A DNA stretch of 64,000 nt from an uncultured Peptostreptococcaceae bacterium. Its GTDB lineage: Bacteria; Bacillota; Clostridia; Peptostreptococcales; BM714. This document shows, one piece after another, positions 44,953-55,071 of the stretch; position 1 is the first letter of the stretch; every line of letters begins with the position of its first letter. The stretch covers positions 135,654 through 199,653 of the forward strand of contig CAZAFW010000001.1 in assembly GCA_964484935.1 (NCBI GenBank), given 5' to 3'. The translations under genes were made by a program, and so were the position numbers. Below the pieces are notes generated by a model. The model had not been told where the DNA came from. It did not search any database and saw nothing but the letters and a program-made list of their open reading frames with translations.

Positions 44953-46335
44953 CTATATGAGTTTTCTTTGTTCTATACCCTTTTCATTCAACGCCGCCTT
45001 TACGTATATTGCGCATTCGACACGCTTTTTTTCCATTTCGCAGCCCAATTCATAGGGCTCGAAGATATTTCCGTTTGAATAGTAGGCATTTGCATGGCAG
45101 CCCCCGCCGCAATAGAATCTTGCCCAGCAGTTCCTGCATGCCTCCTTTTTATAGACATGTGCATTCTTGAAATCCAGCGGTTTCTTCAAATCTTCATAAG
45201 AATCATCAAGCGTACCCATTTCCATCGACTTTTCCCCTACGAACTGATGACATGGATAAAGTTCTCCTTCGGGTGTTACTGCAAGATACTCTATTCCCGC
45301 ACCGCATCCGGAAAGACGCTTGTATGCGCACGGTCCCTGGTTTAAATCCACTTCAAAGTGATAGTAGTTTATCGGTTCGCCTTCCTCATGGCGCTTTATT
45401 ATTTCATCGGCCAATGCTTCATATTGTTCGAAAATTACCGGAAGATGCTCTTCCTTGAGCACATACGGCTCGGTGGGTTTTGTCACAACCGGCTCAAGAG
45501 ACAGGCTGTCGAAGCCGCTGTCGGCAAGAAAACGGACATCCTCCGAAAAATTCAAATTGTAAGATGTGAACGTTCCCCTAGCAAAATACAAGCGATTTTC
45601 ACGCATTTTCACGAATTTCTTTAATTTATCGTAGATGTCGTCAAAAGACCCCTTCCCGCTTGCATAATATCTCAACCTGTCATGATTCTCTTTCTTTCCG
45701 TCTATGCTCAGGACCACATTGTCCATGTTCTTGTCTAAAAATTCCATTACCTCGTCTGTCATTAGAACACCGTTTGTAGTCAGTGTAAAACGAAAGTGCT
45801 TCCCGGTCTCTTTTTCCCTTTTTCTTCCGTAATGGACAAGTTCTTTTACGACATCAAAATTCATCAAGGGCTCGCCTCCAAAAAAATCGACTTCCAGATT
45901 CCTTCTGTTTCCCGAATTTTCTATAAGATAGTCCAAAGCCTTTATACCTGTTTCCAGGGACATGAGGCTTCTCTTTCCGTTGAAGTCCCCCTGGGCGGCA
46001 AAACAATACTCGCATCTGAGATTACAGTCGTGGGCGACATGAAGACACATAGCTTTAACTACCGGTTTTGCGGCAAGCAGCGGATTTTCACCCAATATGT
46101 CGTCTGCAAAAAGTTCTTTTCCTTCTATAAGGGTATCAATTTCAACCCTTGCCTCTTCAACCGTTTTCTTGCCATGTAATTCCATGCACTTGCTGAAAGC
46201 CTCATTTTCTTTGTCCAGTCCATTTTCCGAATATGAATCAAGAAGATCAAATGCCGCATCATCCACAACATGAACCGCTCCACTGTTTATATCTAAAACA
46301 ATGTTAATTCCATTTTGTCTATACTTGTGAATCAT
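44953..46335 (-). CDS. scfB: radical SAM/SPASM thioether-forming maturase of the SCIFF peptide
   Basis: CNLRCEYC radical SAM motif, plus a C-terminal SPASM Cys cluster (…CAYKRLSGCGAG…YPCHQF…CRNCWARFYCGGGCHANAY). It lies immediately downstream of the SCIFF precursor. Start set at ATG 46335 behind GGGAGGAAAG. Confidence 0.9.
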   Translation of the reverse strand: MIHKYRQNGINIVLDINSGAVHVVDDAAFDLLDSYSENGLDKENEAFSKCMELHGKKTVEEARVEIDTLIEGKELFADDILGENPLLAAKPVVKAMCLHVAHDCNLRCEYCFAAQGDFNGKRSLMSLETGIKALDYLIENSGNRRNLEVDFFGGEPLMNFDVVKELVHYGRKREKETGKHFRFTLTTNGVLMTDEVMEFLDKNMDNVVLSIDGKKENHDRLRYYASGKGSFDDIYDKLKKFVKMRENRLYFARGTFTSYNLNFSEDVRFLADSGFDSLSLEPVVTKPTEPYVLKEEHLPVIFEQYEALADEIIKRHEEGEPINYYHFEVDLNQGPCAYKRLSGCGAGIEYLAVTPEGELYPCHQFVGEKSMEMGTLDDSYEDLKKPLDFKNAHVYKKEACRNCWARFYCGGGCHANAYYSNGNIFEPYELGCEMEKKRVECAIYVKAALNEKGIEQRKLI

Positions 46336-46365
46336 AGTCTTTCCTCCCACTAAATACGCAAAGAG

Positions 46366-46392
46366 AAAAAGCAGCTTTCAAGCTGCTTTTTT
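46366..46392 (-). terminator. hairpin with U-tract between SCIFF precursor and maturase (candidate attenuating terminator)
   Basis: Minus strand: AAAAAAGCAGCT-TGAA-AGCTGCTTTTTCTCTTT. A 6-bp GC-rich stem extended by A:U pairs, starting 3 nt after the scfA stop. Confidence 0.6.
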
Positions 46393-46394
46393 GA

Positions 46395-46535
46395 TTACTT
46401 TGTGTTTTCACAAACTTGGTTTCCAACAGTGCATGAGGTTTTGCATGCCGACTGGCAAGATGTTTGACATTCTCCGCAGCCTTTGTTTTTAATTTCCTTC
46501 AATTTGCCCCTGCTGAGGGTTTTTACATGCTTCAT
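46395..46535 (-). CDS. scfA: six-cysteine ranthipeptide precursor SCIFF (46 aa); absent from the ORF track
   Basis: Own translation of the minus strand: MKHVKTLSRGKLKEIKNKGCGECQTSCQSACKTSCTVGNQVCENTK*. ATG at 46535 is preceded by AAAGGA. The N-terminus and the six-Cys spacing match the SCIFF family as I remember it (MKHIKTL…GGCGECQTSCQSACKTSC). Confidence 0.9.
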   Translation of the reverse strand: MKHVKTLSRGKLKEIKNKGCGECQTSCQSACKTSCTVGNQVCENTK

Positions 46536-46588
46536 CCGTTCATCCGTCCTTTCACAAACAATCCATTTTCAATGCCTTGATATTTTGA

Positions 46589-46858
46589 TTATTCCTCGAC
46601 TGTTCCTATGGCCCATTTGCTTAGCTGGAGCTTGAGCTTGTCCGCTCCGATTTCCAATGTAAGCACTTCATCGTTGATTTTTACAATTGTTCCATTGATT
46701 CCTCCAATGGTCACAACTTTGTCGCCGACTTTCAGGTTTTCACGCATTTTCTGAATTGCCTTGTTCTTCTTTTGTTGCGGTCTTATCATAAGAAAATACA
46801 ATATTCCAATGAACAACAACGGAAACAAAAGCTGAATAGCAGATGAATTATTCATCAA
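46589..46858 (-). CDS. yajC: preprotein translocase subunit YajC
   Basis: 89 aa; a single TM segment, then …MIRPQQKKNKAIQKMRENLKVGDKVVTIGGI.G… is the YajC signature. Confidence 0.92.
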   Translation of the reverse strand: MMNNSSAIQLLFPLLFIGILYFLMIRPQQKKNKAIQKMRENLKVGDKVVTIGGINGTIVKINDEVLTLEIGADKLKLQLSKWAIGTVEE

Positions 46859-46888
46859 TACTTCCCCCTTAATTTTTTTACATGTTTT

Positions 46889-49062
<2,174 letters not shown>

Positions 49063-49071
49063 TTTTTGCTC

Positions 49072-50643
49072 CTACTCTATAGTTGTATCCTTGTAGTAAA
49101 AGGATAGTATTTCCCTGTAGTCATAACCATTCTCAGCCATAGCCTTTGCACCCTCCTGGCTCATGCCGAGACCGTGTCCCCAGCCTTTTCCTTCAATGGT
49201 GAATCTTTCAGGCTCCGGATTCTCCTTTTCTCCGGCAGATCCAAGAACATAGCAATTCTCGAAGCCGGTTTGGCTTATTTCTCCGTCGCCGCTTAAAACG
49301 GAAATCCCCTTTGCATTGACTCTCTCCGTCGAAATCGATCCGTTCATGCAGTAGAGGTCATTGTCCTTTTTAACATCGAAAAGTGTACTTCGAAGCCTGT
49401 CATAGCCGAAAATGGTCCGCATATTGTTTTTTAGAAGTATTACGTCCGGTTTTTCAGATTCTATCAAAAGCTCAAGGACATGATGATTCGAGCTTTTGCT
49501 CGCAATAGATACGTCAATCGATTTGCCCACTTCGTACCCGGCATCTTTAAGCATTCTTGAAATAGAATTTTCAGTATACTCGATCCTCCAGCTGTAATTG
49601 GACCCGCCTATGGAGAAGTCGTCCCGGATCCCCCTTAGATATGGAACTTCCGAAGACCATATGTTTTCGCTATTTTCAGTAAATCCTCCGCTGTTGGCAT
49701 GGTAGAATGCGCTGACAATTTTTCCGTTCCACATAAGCAACTGCCCTTCCGTTTCGTCGACGGCGCGGTTGCAGGAAGACCCTTCATAGTCGTAGCCCAC
49801 ATAGGCCTGTGAATTATGGGTGTTGCATAGATTGAATCCAAGATAAGAGTATTTTCCGTAGTTGGAAATCGCAAAGTTTCTTGCCGCCACCGCCTGAGCC
49901 TTTAGAGCCTCGAGCGGCCAGGTCTTTGACATTTCCCACGGAAGCACTCCGTAAAGATATTCAGACATACCCAAATGGTTTATAATCGTCAAATCGCTTC
50001 CGGCAAAACGCTTAACCATTATTCCGCCCCTATAATTGTGTCCGCCGTATGAAAATATAGGAACATCTCCATTCTCTGCATATGGCTTTATTACATGCTC
50101 TCCGTCCATGCAGTCGTAAGCCAGTACAGTCCGACCTGCAGACTCCACAACAACCAATGATCCGTATTCCTCGAATGCGAAGTTGATGCCTTCTGTTCTA
50201 CCTGAAAAATCCTTCAATGCCGATTCTGCTTCCGATTTGCTTGAATAAGGGCCTGCGCTTAAAAACCATCCATCGTCATAGGCTGCAAAAAAAGTTTCAT
50301 CGGTTTTTTCAAGCATTTCAAAATTTCCCGAAAGACTCTCCAAATTCTCAGACACATTCCCCGCCCTGACAAGAAAAACATTTTTCGAGAGATCTTTGGA
50401 AGCTTTTCTTACTACCAAGTCCCTAAAGTCCATCCTACAGCCCATATCTTCGTATTCATCGCCATTCAAACCCAAAAATTCGAATCCCTCATTTGAAGAC
50501 AATGATATACTCTCAAGCGACGGGTCTTTGTATGTCAATCCTATTCTTATTGTTTCCGGAATGCTTTCAGATCCATATGCGAATAAAAATGACAGCATGC
50601 ATATCGACAGAGAAAAACCCACACTTGCGATTACCCGTTTCAT
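49072..50643 (-). CDS. SpoIID/LytB domain protein (lytic transglycosylase / amidase-enhancer family)
   Basis: Signal/TM N-terminus. The C-terminal half has …LEALKAQAVAARNFA…, …CNTHNSQAYVGY…, …AFYHANSGGFTENSENIW…, …GKGWGHGLGMSQEGA…. Start set at ATG 50643 behind AAGGAG. Confidence 0.85.
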   Translation of the reverse strand: MKRVIASVGFSLSICMLSFLFAYGSESIPETIRIGLTYKDPSLESISLSSNEGFEFLGLNGDEYEDMGCRMDFRDLVVRKASKDLSKNVFLVRAGNVSENLESLSGNFEMLEKTDETFFAAYDDGWFLSAGPYSSKSEAESALKDFSGRTEGINFAFEEYGSLVVVESAGRTVLAYDCMDGEHVIKPYAENGDVPIFSYGGHNYRGGIMVKRFAGSDLTIINHLGMSEYLYGVLPWEMSKTWPLEALKAQAVAARNFAISNYGKYSYLGFNLCNTHNSQAYVGYDYEGSSCNRAVDETEGQLLMWNGKIVSAFYHANSGGFTENSENIWSSEVPYLRGIRDDFSIGGSNYSWRIEYTENSISRMLKDAGYEVGKSIDVSIASKSSNHHVLELLIESEKPDVILLKNNMRTIFGYDRLRSTLFDVKKDNDLYCMNGSISTERVNAKGISVLSGDGEISQTGFENCYVLGSAGEKENPEPERFTIEGKGWGHGLGMSQEGAKAMAENGYDYREILSFYYKDTTIE

Positions 50644-50656
50644 AGCCACAGCTCCT

Positions 50657-50872
50657 TTACCTTTTCCCAAAAATAAGATTGAGAAAAAACGTCAACACAA
50701 TACTGACAATTATACTCGAAAGCAATGGGAAATAAAAGGTTGCACTTCCTTTTTTGATAACAAAATCCCCAGGAAGCTTTCCTATTCCCCAAAAAGATCC
50801 CGCAATAAGGAGAACTCCCGTTAATATTAGGATTGTTCCAAGCGTTATTATCGGCCTTCCTCCAAATCCCAT
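50657..50872 (-). CDS. DUF2905 small membrane protein
   Basis: 71 aa; …[35 protein letters not shown]… is the pattern I associate with DUF2905. It overlaps the ruvB 3' end. Confidence 0.7.
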   Translation of the reverse strand: MGFGGRPIITLGTILILTGVLLIAGSFWGIGKLPGDFVIKKGSATFYFPLLSSIIVSIVLTFFLNLIFGKR

Positions 50873-51900
50873 ATGGTTATCTCCTCTTCGCCCTTCTTCT
50901 CCATTCCCAGATGCCTGTATCCCCTTGAAGTGACAACCCTGCCCCTGGGTGTCCTGTTTATGAATCCAAGCTGAAGAAGGTATGGCTCATACACGTCTTC
51001 TATCGTATTTCTTTCCTCCCCGGTGGATGCGGCAAGCGTATCCAGTCCAACCGGACCTCCATCGAACTTGACTATTATTGTTTCAAGTATTTTTCTGTCC
51101 ACACCGTCCAATCCCAGAGGATCAACCTCCAGCAGCGTCATTGCCTTTGAGACAGTATCCTCGTTTATCGAACCGTCACCCATTACCTGGGCATAGTCCC
51201 TCACTCTTTTGAGCAGTCTGTTTACAATCCTGGGCGTTCCCCTGCTCCTTACCGCTATAAGTGAAGCTGATCCGTCATCGATTGGAACCCCCAGTATATC
51301 CGCCGAACGCAATACTATCTTCTTTAGATTCTTTACTTCATAAAGGTCAAGCTTGCATATGACCCCAAACCGGTCTCTCAATGGCGAAGTCAAAAGACCC
51401 GCTCTCGTTGTTGCCCCAATGAGAGTGAACCTAGGCAAGTCCAAACGCACCGTTCTCGCACTCGGGCCCTTCCCTATTATTATATCAAGAGCATAGTCCT
51501 CCATTGAAGGATAAAGCACTTCCTCGACGCTTCTGCTCAGCCTGTGGATCTCATCTATAAAAAGCACATCGTTTTCCTGCAGATTGGTAAGTATGGCGGC
51601 AAGATCTCCTGGCCTTTCTATTGCCGGCCCAGACGTGATTCGTATGCTGACTCCCATCTCATTGGCGATTATTGACGAAAGAGTGGTTTTCCCAAGCCCC
51701 GGAGGACCATAAAGCAATACATGGTCGAGTGATTCATCCCTCATTTTAGCAGCATCGATAAATATTTTCATTTTTTCCTTAAGCTTTTCCTGCCCTATGT
51801 ATTCATCCAAGCATTTTGGCCTAAGAGAAAGTTCTATTTCAGATTCATCCCTTTTTTTATCCGGGGTTATCACCCTTTGGTCCCGATTGTTTTCAATCAT
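50848..51900 (-). CDS. ruvB: Holliday junction branch migration helicase RuvB
   Basis: …[12 protein letters not shown]…, Walker [10 protein letters not shown], Walker B LFIDEIHR, and a winged-helix C-terminus. Confidence 0.97.
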   Translation of the reverse strand: MIENNRDQRVITPDKKRDESEIELSLRPKCLDEYIGQEKLKEKMKIFIDAAKMRDESLDHVLLYGPPGLGKTTLSSIIANEMGVSIRITSGPAIERPGDLAAILTNLQENDVLFIDEIHRLSRSVEEVLYPSMEDYALDIIIGKGPSARTVRLDLPRFTLIGATTRAGLLTSPLRDRFGVICKLDLYEVKNLKKIVLRSADILGVPIDDGSASLIAVRSRGTPRIVNRLLKRVRDYAQVMGDGSINEDTVSKAMTLLEVDPLGLDGVDRKILETIIVKFDGGPVGLDTLAASTGEERNTIEDVYEPYLLQLGFINRTPRGRVVTSRGYRHLGMEKKGEEEITIWDLEEGR

Positions 51901-51910
51901 TTCAGTCTCC

Positions 51911-52516
51911 TCATCTCTTCAGCAAAGTCTTGAGCGCCTCTTTTATAATTGTTTGCGCTTTCATCCCCTCTTCATAAACCGACTGCACGGCATTTGATGC
52001 GTCTGTGCTTCCGTAGCCCAGTGCCATCAGAGCGTCCACCGCATCTCTGTGTTCTGCTTTCGAAGGAATTTTCCGGCTATGTCTTGCGCTGTCAGGCATA
52101 TCCATTTCACCGAATTCTTTGATTACCTTCTCCTTCAAATCCAATATTATCCGCTGAGCAGTTTTTTTTCCGACTCCGGAAACACTTGTAAGAGATTCGC
52201 CATCGCCCAATGCTATGAATCTTGCCACATCGTTGTAGTCGATAGTAGACAACACTGCCAAAGCTAATTTCGAACCTATTCCATTTACCTTGTTGAGCAT
52301 CCTGAACATTTTAAGTTCGCTTTTGTCGTAAAAGCCATAGAGGCTTATATCGTCTTCCCTCACCGCCATGTCCGCATATATCTTTAATTCATCTCCATCA
52401 CGGATTTCCCCGATTGTATTCATCGAAGTAAATATGCGATAACCTATTCCGTTGTTCTCAACAACTATGAAATTTTCTCCCGTATCTTTTACAATCCCTT
52501 TTATATAATCAATCAA
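51911..52516 (-). CDS. ruvA: Holliday junction DNA-binding protein RuvA
   Basis: MIDYIKG.V…GIGYRI…, HhH motifs (…[10 protein letters not shown]…, …[12 protein letters not shown]…), and a C-terminal domain III. Confidence 0.95.
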   Translation of the reverse strand: MIDYIKGIVKDTGENFIVVENNGIGYRIFTSMNTIGEIRDGDELKIYADMAVREDDISLYGFYDKSELKMFRMLNKVNGIGSKLALAVLSTIDYNDVARFIALGDGESLTSVSGVGKKTAQRIILDLKEKVIKEFGEMDMPDSARHSRKIPSKAEHRDAVDALMALGYGSTDASNAVQSVYEEGMKAQTIIKEALKTLLKR

Positions 52517-52527
52517 GACCGTTCACC

Positions 52528-53022
52528 TCATTTAATTTTAAAATGTTTTTGCATAATTCCCGAATGGGCATGGCAAATTCCCACAGCCAAAGCGTCTGCA
52601 GCATCGTCAGGCCTTGGGATATCTTTCATATTAAGCAAAGTCTTGACCATTATCTGGACCTGCTTTTTGTCAGCTCTACCGTAGCCTACAACTCCCTGTT
52701 TTACCTGCAGCGGAGTATATTCGTAAATTTCAAGATTTGCTTTAGCCGCGGCTACAACGGCAGCACCCCTTGCATGTCCTACCATAAGAGCTGTCGTGAC
52801 GTTCCTGCTGAAAAACAATTCTTCAATGGCCACGGCATCAGGCTTGTATTTTTCAAAAAGAACATGAAGGTCTTCATAAATTTTTTTAAGCCTGTCCGGC
52901 AACTCCATATCCGGGCTTGTCTTTACTGTTCCATATTCAATTACATCAAACCTGTTTCCTTCGTACGAAATTACTCCGTATCCCAAAATCGCATATCCCG
53001 GATCAATCCCTATAATCAGCAT
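52528..53022 (-). CDS. ruvC: crossover junction endodeoxyribonuclease RuvC
   Basis: MLIIGIDPGYAILGYGVI…, …AIEELFF…, …DAADALAVGICH…. Start set at ATG 53022 behind AGGTGAAAG. Confidence 0.93.
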   Translation of the reverse strand: MLIIGIDPGYAILGYGVISYEGNRFDVIEYGTVKTSPDMELPDRLKKIYEDLHVLFEKYKPDAVAIEELFFSRNVTTALMVGHARGAAVVAAAKANLEIYEYTPLQVKQGVVGYGRADKKQVQIMVKTLLNMKDIPRPDDAADALAVGICHAHSGIMQKHFKIK

Positions 53023-53104
53023 GCCGTCTTTCACCTGCCTTCTTTTTCTTCTATAGTTTTCCAACATATTAAAAGGATACAGTCAATCGCCGTATCCCAA
53101 ATAA

Positions 53105-53197
53105 TCATCCAAAAAGTGATACCAGTCCACCGAAAGCCGATATAACCATTACTACAGCAATCGCAATTGCAATAATTTTAGCCGTTCCCCTGTTCAT
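53105..53197 (-). CDS. 30-aa single-TM micro-protein (DUF4044-like), tentative
   Basis: MNRGTAKIIAIAIAVVMVISAFGGLVSLFG* behind a strong AAGGGGTGA SD at 5-nt spacing. The SD overlaps the stop of the preceding small ORF. The longer tracked ORF (to 53329) has no SD. Confidence 0.45.
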   Translation of the reverse strand: MNRGTAKIIAIAIAVVMVISAFGGLVSLFG

Positions 53198-53213
53198 TTT
53201 TTCACCCCTTAAT

Positions 53214-53354
53214 TTATTCAAAATCATCATCAAATATTGTTGTGCTTTCGTCGTTTTCGGTCTCTTCCGGCTTTTTGCCTTCTCTGAACTTTCTGAAGTC
53301 CCAAAAAACCAAGAATATGCCTGCAGCAACTAAAAATGTCAAGACAGGATCCAT
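53214..53354 (-). CDS. 46-aa micro-protein: N-terminal TM helix plus acidic tail, tentative
   Basis: MDPVLTFLVAAGIFLVFWDFRKFREGKKPEETENDESTTIFDDDFE*. AAGGGGA lies 12 nt upstream of the ATG. An extended -10 (TGTTATAAT, plus-strand coordinates 53385..53393) lies just upstream on the minus strand. Confidence 0.4.
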   Translation of the reverse strand: MDPVLTFLVAAGIFLVFWDFRKFREGKKPEETENDESTTIFDDDFE

Positions 53355-53413
53355 AAGCGTCAAGTGTCCCCTTTTTTTTTTAACATTATAACATAAATTT
53401 TTCAAAAAAACTA

Positions 53414-53442
53414 TTTACAAAGAACACACGTTCTATTATAAT
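53414..53442 (+). promoter_or_regulatory. near-consensus sigma-A promoter of the YneA-like gene
   Basis: TTTACA (53414..53419), 17-nt spacer, TATAAT (53437..53442). The spacer is filled by LexA box 1. Confidence 0.75.
53421..53434. promoter_or_regulatory. LexA (Cheo/SOS) box 1
   Basis: AGAACACACGTTCT has a perfect GAAC-N4-GTTC core and is 12/14 to CGAACRNRYGTTYC. It lies between -35 and -10. Confidence 0.75.
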
Positions 53443-53450
53443 GGATTTAT

Positions 53451-53464
53451 AGAACACTTGTTCG
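53451..53464. promoter_or_regulatory. LexA (Cheo/SOS) box 2
   Basis: AGAACACTTGTTCG has a perfect GAAC-N4-GTTC core. It lies between the -10 and the SD (GAGGTGA), i.e. over the expected transcription start or early leader. Confidence 0.7.
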
Positions 53465-53474
53465 AGGTGATATT

Positions 53475-53780
53475 ATGAAAAAGCGCTACAAAATAGCAAA
53501 TCGCAGAAAATTCATAACAAGCACAGCTCTTTTACTGTTCATTTCATTTTGCATCTTTTCAGTGCCTTTGAGGCTTGTTCAGGCAAATGGGATGCAGGAA
53601 AAACAGTACAGAGAAATCGTAGTCAAGCCGGGCGAGACAATATGGAAAATAGCCGAATCGCAAAATCAGGACCGAGACGTCAGGGAAACTGTCTTTGAAA
53701 TATTTGAAACCAATCATTTGTCCAGCCACACAATAAGACCCGGACAAACGATACTGGTTCCTGTAAAACTTACCGAATAG
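53475..53780 (+). CDS. YneA-like SOS-regulated protein: N-terminal TM anchor plus LysM domain (candidate cell-division inhibitor)
   Basis: 101 aa. Basic N-terminus, TM segment (ITSTALLLFISFCIFSV), and LysM (YREIVVKPGETIWKIAESQ…TNHLSSHTIRPGQTILVPV). ATG behind GAGGTGA. Two LexA boxes sit in the promoter. Confidence 0.75.
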   Translation: MKKRYKIANRRKFITSTALLLFISFCIFSVPLRLVQANGMQEKQYREIVVKPGETIWKIAESQNQDRDVRETVFEIFETNHLSSHTIRPGQTILVPVKLTE

Positions 53781-53824
53781 AAAAACAGGCAAATTCAGTT
53801 TTTAGCGAATCTGCCTGTTTTTAT
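53781..53824. terminator. bidirectional rho-independent terminator
   Basis: AAAAACAGGCAAATTC-N10-GAATCTGCCTGTTTTTATTT lies between convergent stops and is flanked by an A-run and a T-run. Confidence 0.8.
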
Positions 53825-53832
53825 TTGCATTC

Positions 53833-54171
53833 CTATGCTTCCAATTCATTTGCCTTTTCTTTAAGCTTGTCCTCTGCTCTATGATAATTTTCCTCGAACT
53901 CGAATCTTATTTTTTTTATTCTGTTTTCCTCGTTCCTGAAAATCATAACATTTCTGCCACGGACATTCTGCGTTTCCACAAATCTGTAGCGGTCATTGAG
54001 CAATTTGCATATTGTTTCGATGTTGTAGGATAGCTCCTTCTCCATCTCTTTCTTCTCGTGCAAATAGTTTTCCCTGGAACTTTCCCTCAGTGTTTTTGTT
54101 GAATCCTTGTCATGGGACCTGAGATAGCTCGTTGAAACTTTTTTTACTTTTGGCGAATACCTGACACTCAT
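53833..54171 (-). CDS. hypothetical K/E-rich protein (112 aa)
   Basis: ATG 54171 is preceded by a strong GAAGGAGGA SD (MSVRYSPKVKKVST…). No motif recognised. A predicted helical, charged C-terminus (…AEDKLKEKANELEA). Confidence 0.55.
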   Translation of the reverse strand: MSVRYSPKVKKVSTSYLRSHDKDSTKTLRESSRENYLHEKKEMEKELSYNIETICKLLNDRYRFVETQNVRGRNVMIFRNEENRIKKIRFEFEENYHRAEDKLKEKANELEA

Positions 54172-54245
54172 AAGAATCCTCCTTCTTTTGAATGGCAACC
54201 GGTGTCTTATTCTTTATATACCAAAAGCATGGTGCTCTAAACCCG

Positions 54246-54986
54246 TCATTCGAAATTCGAATATTCATCCATTTCCCAATTATGATGCATATTCTGCACG
54301 TCGTCATTATCCTCAAGCATATCTATCAACTTTTCCATTTTTTCTATGTCGCCGCTTTCTTCGAGTTTTGTCATTGTTTGGGGTATATATCCCAATTCTG
54401 CCTTGGCAAGCTTGTATCCGCCTTCCAGTAAAAAATCTCTTACCTCCGTAAAATCCTCCATGGATGTTATTATTTCGGCGAATCCGTCTTCAAACTGTAT
54501 GTCTTCCGCTCCGGCTTCAAGTGCCTCCATCAAAAGAGTTTCCTCATCAAGCTCGTTGTCTTCCTCCGAAAGCAACAGTATTCCCTTCCTGTCAAACATG
54601 AATGAAACACATCCGTTTGAACCGAGATTTCCTCCGTTTTTTGAAAAGATGTGCCTGACATCAGCCGCTGCGCGATTTTTGTTGTCGGTCAAGATTTCAA
54701 CCATTACCGCGACCCCGGAAGGTCCGTAGCCCTCATATATAAATTCCTCGAATTGCGCTCCATCTGTCTCTCCGGAACCTTTTTTTATTGCCCTGTCTAT
54801 ATTGTCGTTTGGCATATTGTCCGCTTTTGCCTTCTCCACTGCACTTTTAAGGGACATGTTGTATTCTATTTCAGGACCGCCTTCCCTTGTCGCCACCATT
54901 ATGGCTCTTGCGTGCTTTGTGAAAATCTTGCCGCGTTTGGCATCCTGCTTACCCTTTCTGTTGATTATGTTTCCTATTCTTCCCAC
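54246..54986 (-). CDS. YebC/PmpR family DNA-binding transcriptional regulator
   Basis: …[29 protein letters not shown]…[28 protein letters not shown]…[19 protein letters not shown]… Start set at GTG 54986 behind AGAGGTG (5-nt spacing). Confidence 0.88.
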   Translation of the reverse strand: MGRIGNIINRKGKQDAKRGKIFTKHARAIMVATREGGPEIEYNMSLKSAVEKAKADNMPNDNIDRAIKKGSGETDGAQFEEFIYEGYGPSGVAVMVEILTDNKNRAAADVRHIFSKNGGNLGSNGCVSFMFDRKGILLLSEEDNELDEETLLMEALEAGAEDIQFEDGFAEIITSMEDFTEVRDFLLEGGYKLAKAELGYIPQTMTKLEESGDIEKMEKLIDMLEDNDDVQNMHHNWEMDEYSNFE

Positions 54987-55071
54987 TATTGCACCTCTAA
55001 TCCTTCTATCGGTCTTCATTTGACATATTGACCGATTTTAATTTATGGATCTTTCCGTCTTGCGCGAAAAT

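Noticed and set aside
49072-50643. SpoIID/LytB gene as evidence that the organism sporulates
   Set aside because: SpoIID/LytB-domain proteins also occur in non-sporulating bacteria, and no other sporulation-specific gene is present in the window.
52543-53145. 200-aa plus-strand ORF
   Set aside because: It is antisense to ruvC and the small-peptide region, with no SD or motifs. The same reasoning applies to 61603..62274 (antisense to the DUF360 gene and thiI).
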